From assembly GCA_964503915.1 (NCBI GenBank), contig CAZDCH010000002.1:1-37135 (forward strand): 37,135 nt of DNA, in the 5' to 3' direction. Below, one piece after another: positions 34,071 through 37,135 of the stretch; position 1 is the stretch's first letter, and each line of letters starts with the position of its first letter. The translations under genes and the position numbers were made by a program. The stretch is from an uncultured Thermoplasmatales archaeon (GTDB taxonomy: Archaea > Thermoplasmatota > E2 > UBA202 > JdFR-43). Under the pieces are notes generated by a model. That model was not told the origin of the DNA. It saw nothing but the letters and a program-made list of their open reading frames with translations, and did no database searches.

Positions 34071-34601
34071 CTAATAAAATCTAAATTCTTCCATTCTCTT
34101 TTTTCTTCTCTCCTTTTCCAAAAATCTATATACAGTTGAATGATTCGCTCCTTCCAATAACATTTCTACTGCTTTTCTTGCGATTTCTATTTCTTCTATT
34201 TTTCCAATTATTCCAACAGTATGTCCATATATTGCTATATATGCCCCACTTATTTCTTCTATTATCCTCCTCGTCTTTCCATTTTTTCCTATTACTCTAC
34301 CAGCTATTCTTTTTATATGCGTGGGCTTTTTGCCAACAAAATCTTTCATATCGATCAATTCGAAATAATATTCCTCGTTAAACAAAAGCAAAGCCTTATC
34401 TGGTGAAAATCCTCTTCCTATAGCTCTTACAACATTTTCTGCTTCAAGCTCTTTTAATGAATCTTCGCCAATAATTTTAATATCTCCAGTTGAAGAATCT
34501 ATTTGAAGCTTAACGCCATATTTTTCTATTTTTTTCTTTATTTCTCCATTTTTGCCAATTAAAATTGCTACCCTATCCATAGGAATTTTAACATATCTCA
34601 T
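34071..34601 (-). CDS. KH-domain RNA-binding protein (archaeal Dim2/Pno1-like)
   Basis: 176 aa with two KH GxxG loops (IGKNGEIKKKIE and IGKNGKTRRIIEE). It lies directly downstream of the RIO kinase, as in many archaea. Confidence 0.85.
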   Translation of the reverse strand: MRYVKIPMDRVAILIGKNGEIKKKIEKYGVKLQIDSSTGDIKIIGEDSLKELEAENVVRAIGRGFSPDKALLLFNEEYYFELIDMKDFVGKKPTHIKRIAGRVIGKNGKTRRIIEEISGAYIAIYGHTVGIIGKIEEIEIARKAVEMLLEGANHSTVYRFLEKERRKKRMEEFRFY

Positions 34602-34602
34602 T

Positions 34603-35316
34603 TTATTCCTCCAAAATATATTTTAAAAATTCCTCTTCATCTATACTTATAAACTTTTTAAAAAATTTTACAATATTTTTAACATCTCTTTGCAAAAATT
34701 CCATTGCCATCGGATTTTCTTTGCTAACAGTTTGTCCAACATCTATAATAACTGGCTCATCATTATGAATCAGAACATTATATTCTGAAAAATCAGCATG
34801 AACTAATGAAGCTTTATGATACATTATGTGCAAGTATTCTTTAATTTTTTCAAATATTTCTTCATAATTTTTTACTTCTGCATCTTTTAATAGTGGGGCT
34901 GGCTTTTCATCTGTTCCAATATATTCCATAACAATTATATTTCCTTCTCTAGCAATAGGCTTTGGAACTCTTACTCCTACCTTATATAATTTTTTTAAGT
35001 TATTAAATTCTTTTAGCGCCCAAGCAAAAATAACGCTCCTCCTATCTTTTTTTATTTTTTGAGGTGGTTCATACATTAAATATTTAGAAATGTTCTTAAA
35101 AGTAGCAGTATTTATACGGTAAATCTTTATTGCTACAAATTTATCCTTACATACTGCTCTAAAAACATTTCCTTCTTTTCCAGTTGATATGGGAAAATCT
35201 ATCATATCTATATATCCATTATTCATTAATTTCCATAAAGATTCTAAAGTTGCTTTCTCAAAAACTTCTCCTTCAGTAATGCTTAATAATTTCTCTACTT
35301 CTGCCTTCCAATTCAT
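34603..35316 (-). CDS. rio1: RIO-type serine/threonine protein kinase (Rio1-like)
   Basis: 237 aa with ISTGKEGNVFRA (nucleotide loop), VAIKIYR, LVHADFSEYNVL (catalytic loop) and IIDVGQ (metal-binding loop). There is no N-terminal wHTH, so Rio1 is more likely than Rio2. Confidence 0.88.
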   Translation of the reverse strand: MNWKAEVEKLLSITEGEVFEKATLESLWKLMNNGYIDMIDFPISTGKEGNVFRAVCKDKFVAIKIYRINTATFKNISKYLMYEPPQKIKKDRRSVIFAWALKEFNNLKKLYKVGVRVPKPIAREGNIIVMEYIGTDEKPAPLLKDAEVKNYEEIFEKIKEYLHIMYHKASLVHADFSEYNVLIHNDEPVIIDVGQTVSKENPMAMEFLQRDVKNIVKFFKKFISIDEEEFLKYILEE

Positions 35317-35615
35317 AGAAATGCTCCCAGGCTATCTGGTATTAAATTTTTTCTTGCTAAATTTGCTACTTCAGTAGGAGTATATCTATAGATAACATCT
35401 GCTTTCTCATCTTGAAAATCCCATGGCTTTACAATAAGCAAATCTCCTATTTTTATCCATTTCCTTTTCTTTATTTTACCTGGTATTCTAGCTAGCCTAG
35501 TTTTCCCATCTTCACATATAACTTTCAACCTTCCTCCACCCATATGTTGCTCTACCACCGCCATTAACTCGCCCTGCTTAGGCAATGGAATTCTCTGCTC
35601 AATTTCTTCGTCCAT
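35313..35615 (-). CDS. eif1a: Translation initiation factor aIF-1A
   Basis: 100 aa with an S1-like OB fold (GELMAVVEQHMGGGRLKVICEDGKTRLARIPGKIKKRKWIKIGDLLIVKPW). It overlaps rio1 by 4 nt. Confidence 0.92.
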   Translation of the reverse strand: MDEEIEQRIPLPKQGELMAVVEQHMGGGRLKVICEDGKTRLARIPGKIKKRKWIKIGDLLIVKPWDFQDEKADVIYRYTPTEVANLARKNLIPDSLGAFL

Positions 35616-35652
35616 TTAAATGTTTATTTGTAATAACTATATGAATATATCG

Positions 35653-36480
35653 TTATTGAATAATTTTTATTTTCCCTAACTGTGGCTCATAAATTTTTCC
35701 CTTTTCCATTAATAAGGTTATCACTTCTTCGGCAATTTCTTTATCTATTCCTTCCTTCTCGCTCTCTTTTATTATATCATCCCATATTGCTCCTTCTTCT
35801 CCTTCCAATTTTTCAATAATTTCCAATATTTTATCTTCAACTTCTCCATAATCTTTTCTATATACTTTTTTCTTTGAAGTAACAAAAGATAATGCCTCCC
35901 TTAAAAGGAATTCATAATGCTGTATATCAATGTCTTTATATGTTTTAATTGCTTCTAAAACTCCTTCAGCTATAATTGGAGGATATCCCAATTCTTTCAA
36001 TTGCCTTGATGTAGGCTCTTTCATACTGAGAGCATCTTTTATAGCATTTATCCTTATTAACATGTTTCTACAAGCTTCAATAATCCAATAATTTCTTATT
36101 TCTTCTTTAACTTCTTTTGCCATTTCTGCTCTTGCTGATAAGTACAAAACTCCTTCTTCTGGCTCATAGATCCTAATTTTTCCAACAACTGCAATATAAG
36201 TTGGTATTTCCATATCAGCCAATATACTAGCCACTTCTGGCTTAAATGCTTCAGCATATACAACATGCATTCCTGTTGGGTCTGAAATTCTCGCTCTTCT
36301 CCTTATTCCTTCTTTCCCAATTTCTTCAACATCTGTTAAAACTCCCACAATATATAGCCTATTTATTTTTGCTCCTAAAGGAGTAATAACATATTTTGGC
36401 TTTTTTTCCCCCTTTTTTTCAATAACATGGCTTGATTCATTATATTCAGCTGCAAATATTCTCCAAGCCGGCTCCCTCAT
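35653..36480 (-). CDS. RPA-associated OB-fold protein (COG3390/Rpap-like)
   Basis: 275 aa. The N-terminal OB-like part reads PAWRIFAAEYN...LYIVGVLTDVEE...ARISDPTG...YIAVVGKIRIY. The C-terminal part is wHTH-like. It starts 1 nt after the stop of the RPA gene. The name is assigned from memory of euryarchaeal rpa-rpap pairs. Confidence 0.6.
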   Translation of the reverse strand: MREPAWRIFAAEYNESSHVIEKKGEKKPKYVITPLGAKINRLYIVGVLTDVEEIGKEGIRRRARISDPTGMHVVYAEAFKPEVASILADMEIPTYIAVVGKIRIYEPEEGVLYLSARAEMAKEVKEEIRNYWIIEACRNMLIRINAIKDALSMKEPTSRQLKELGYPPIIAEGVLEAIKTYKDIDIQHYEFLLREALSFVTSKKKVYRKDYGEVEDKILEIIEKLEGEEGAIWDDIIKESEKEGIDKEIAEEVITLLMEKGKIYEPQLGKIKIIQ

Positions 36481-36481
36481 T

Positions 36482-37135
36482 TTATTCCTCCAATTGCATT
36501 AAAATTTCATCTGCTTCCTTATTCTCATCTATCTTAATGAAATCTGCTTCTTTTGCAAATATGGTTACAATAAAATCGCTTTGTATTGAATCTCCTTTTA
36601 CTTTAATTGGCTTAGCAATCAATTTATCAAAAATTTCTTCATATACAATGCCATAATCCATGGCTTCCTTTGCAATATTCATATAATCTTCTAAAGATTT
36701 ACCAAGCAATTTTTCAGATAATTCTCTATTTAAAATCACATCGACAGCTCCTGTTCCATCATCCAAAAGAAGCCTTATTCTTAAATCTGGGATTCCATCT
36801 ACATTCCCATCTTCCTCGCATATCCCATTTTTTATTCTTTTATTGCATTCTGGACATCTAAAAATTATTCCAGAATCTCTTCTTATTTCAAGAACAACTC
36901 CTTCTATGCATAAATCAATTCCACCACCAGCATTTACGACTTTATATAATGGAATTGTTCTTTCTTCTATTATGACTTCCTCTTCCAATTTTTCAACTTC
37001 TGCATTTTCATCAAAAATTAGCTGCGGCGCCCCCCTCCATTTCCTTGTATAGGCTCCCTTTATTTTAATAACATCTCCTTTTTTTAATCCAAAATCTTTC
37101 CAAGCAGTAAATCTCATTTTTGCAGTTTCATCAGC
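36482..37135 (-). CDS. rpa: Replication protein A (OB folds plus Zn finger), 5' end outside the window
   Basis: The reading frame stays open upstream of the track's Met (ADETAKMRFTAW...). The OB-fold pattern is W..F.LKKGDVIKIKGAY.RKWRGAPQL. A Zn-ribbon (CPECNKRIKNGICEEDG) is inserted in the next OB fold. Confidence 0.8.
   Translation of the reverse strand, partial: ADETAKMRFTAWKDFGLKKGDVIKIKGAYTRKWRGAPQLIFDENAEVEKLEEEVIIEERTIPLYKVVNAGGGIDLCIEGVVLEIRRDSGIIFRCPECNKRIKNGICEEDGNVDGIPDLRIRLLLDDGTGAVDVILNRELSEKLLGKSLEDYMNIAKEAMDYGIVYEEIFDKLIAKPIKVKGDSIQSDFIVTIFAKEADFIKIDENKEADEILMQLEE

Noticed and set aside
541-37052. Many 60-100-aa ORFs in the track lie antisense to, or out of frame within, long conserved genes. 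The clear cases are:
- 541-765, 1404-1589, 5182-5373, 5485-5760, 5733-5915, 6651-6842
- 7429-7611, 9053-9274, 9574-9759, 9908-10180, 10530-10745
- 11257-11475, 11595-11855, 12148-12420, 12609-12833, 12837-13049
- 13864-14100, 14724-14933, 15318-15515, 15735-15938, 15935-16141
- 16589-16792, 16822-17067, 17815-18030, 18525-18779, 18972-19247
- 19477-19725, 20160-20345, 20370-20651, 21645-21839, 23919-24134
- 25451-25672, 27162-27362, 27894-28154, 27911-28123, 28489-28677
- 31174-31470, 31904-32098, 31926-32189, 32686-32991, 33087-33389
- 33382-33564, 34136-34381, 34221-34406, 35189-35377, 36432-36656
- 36670-36861, 36843-37052
   Set aside because: They are shadow ORFs. Their composition is low-complexity and rich in F, L, I and S, as expected when AT-rich coding DNA is read in the wrong frame. 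The overlapping genes have strong family signatures.

Overview
AT-rich, gene-dense archaeal chromosomal segment. The archaeal call rests on EF-1alpha, uS10, TBP, aIF-1A, NAC, RIO kinase, RPA and an archaeal-type TyrRS. EF-1alpha looks Thermoplasmata-like, but I could not run a search, so lineage is only a guess. A branched-polyamine gene pair and a tRNA of about two-thirds G+C in an AT-rich background suggest a thermophile. Many neighbouring genes overlap by 4-20 nt or are joined by a TAA-A-ATG junction.

Housekeeping content:
- A metal ABC importer with a DtxR-type repressor.
- A GTPase/DUF2073/Zn-ribbon triad (OapABC-like).
- Thi4, an MBL-fold hydrolase and MTA/SAH deaminase.
- A five-gene sulfate-activation operon.
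- RimI-like GNAT, NAC and Nnr.
- BpsA-like aminopropyltransferase with SpeH.
- DUF72, TyrRS, a LysE exporter, TBP and a COG2509-like flavoprotein.
- tRNA-Ser(UGA).
- The S10/EF-1alpha and KH/Rio1/aIF-1A clusters.
- An RPA plus RPA-associated OB-fold pair.

Four accessory, decaying islands interrupt this:
- About 1.9-3.8 kb: a gene graveyard.
- 6.0-10.3 kb: a giant split CBM/glycosidase-like surface protein.
- 23.5-26.6 kb: a Zn-ribbon mini-ORF, an orphan DUF104-like antitoxin and a PKD plus beta-helix secreted pair with a duplicated promoter stub.
- 28.7-32.2 kb: a split ArsR-TM regulator, a multiply frameshifted C25-type peptidase pseudogene and a beta-propeller surface protein with concerted internal repeats.

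The most system-like unexplained item is the translationally coupled RHH-sat-DHH-AlkP-superfamily-cysC operon. It looks like a PAPS-making, pAp-recycling module and has no reductase or known sulfotransferase in view. No CRISPR array, rRNA, transposase or integrase was seen. All homology statements come from motif recognition by eye, not database searches.
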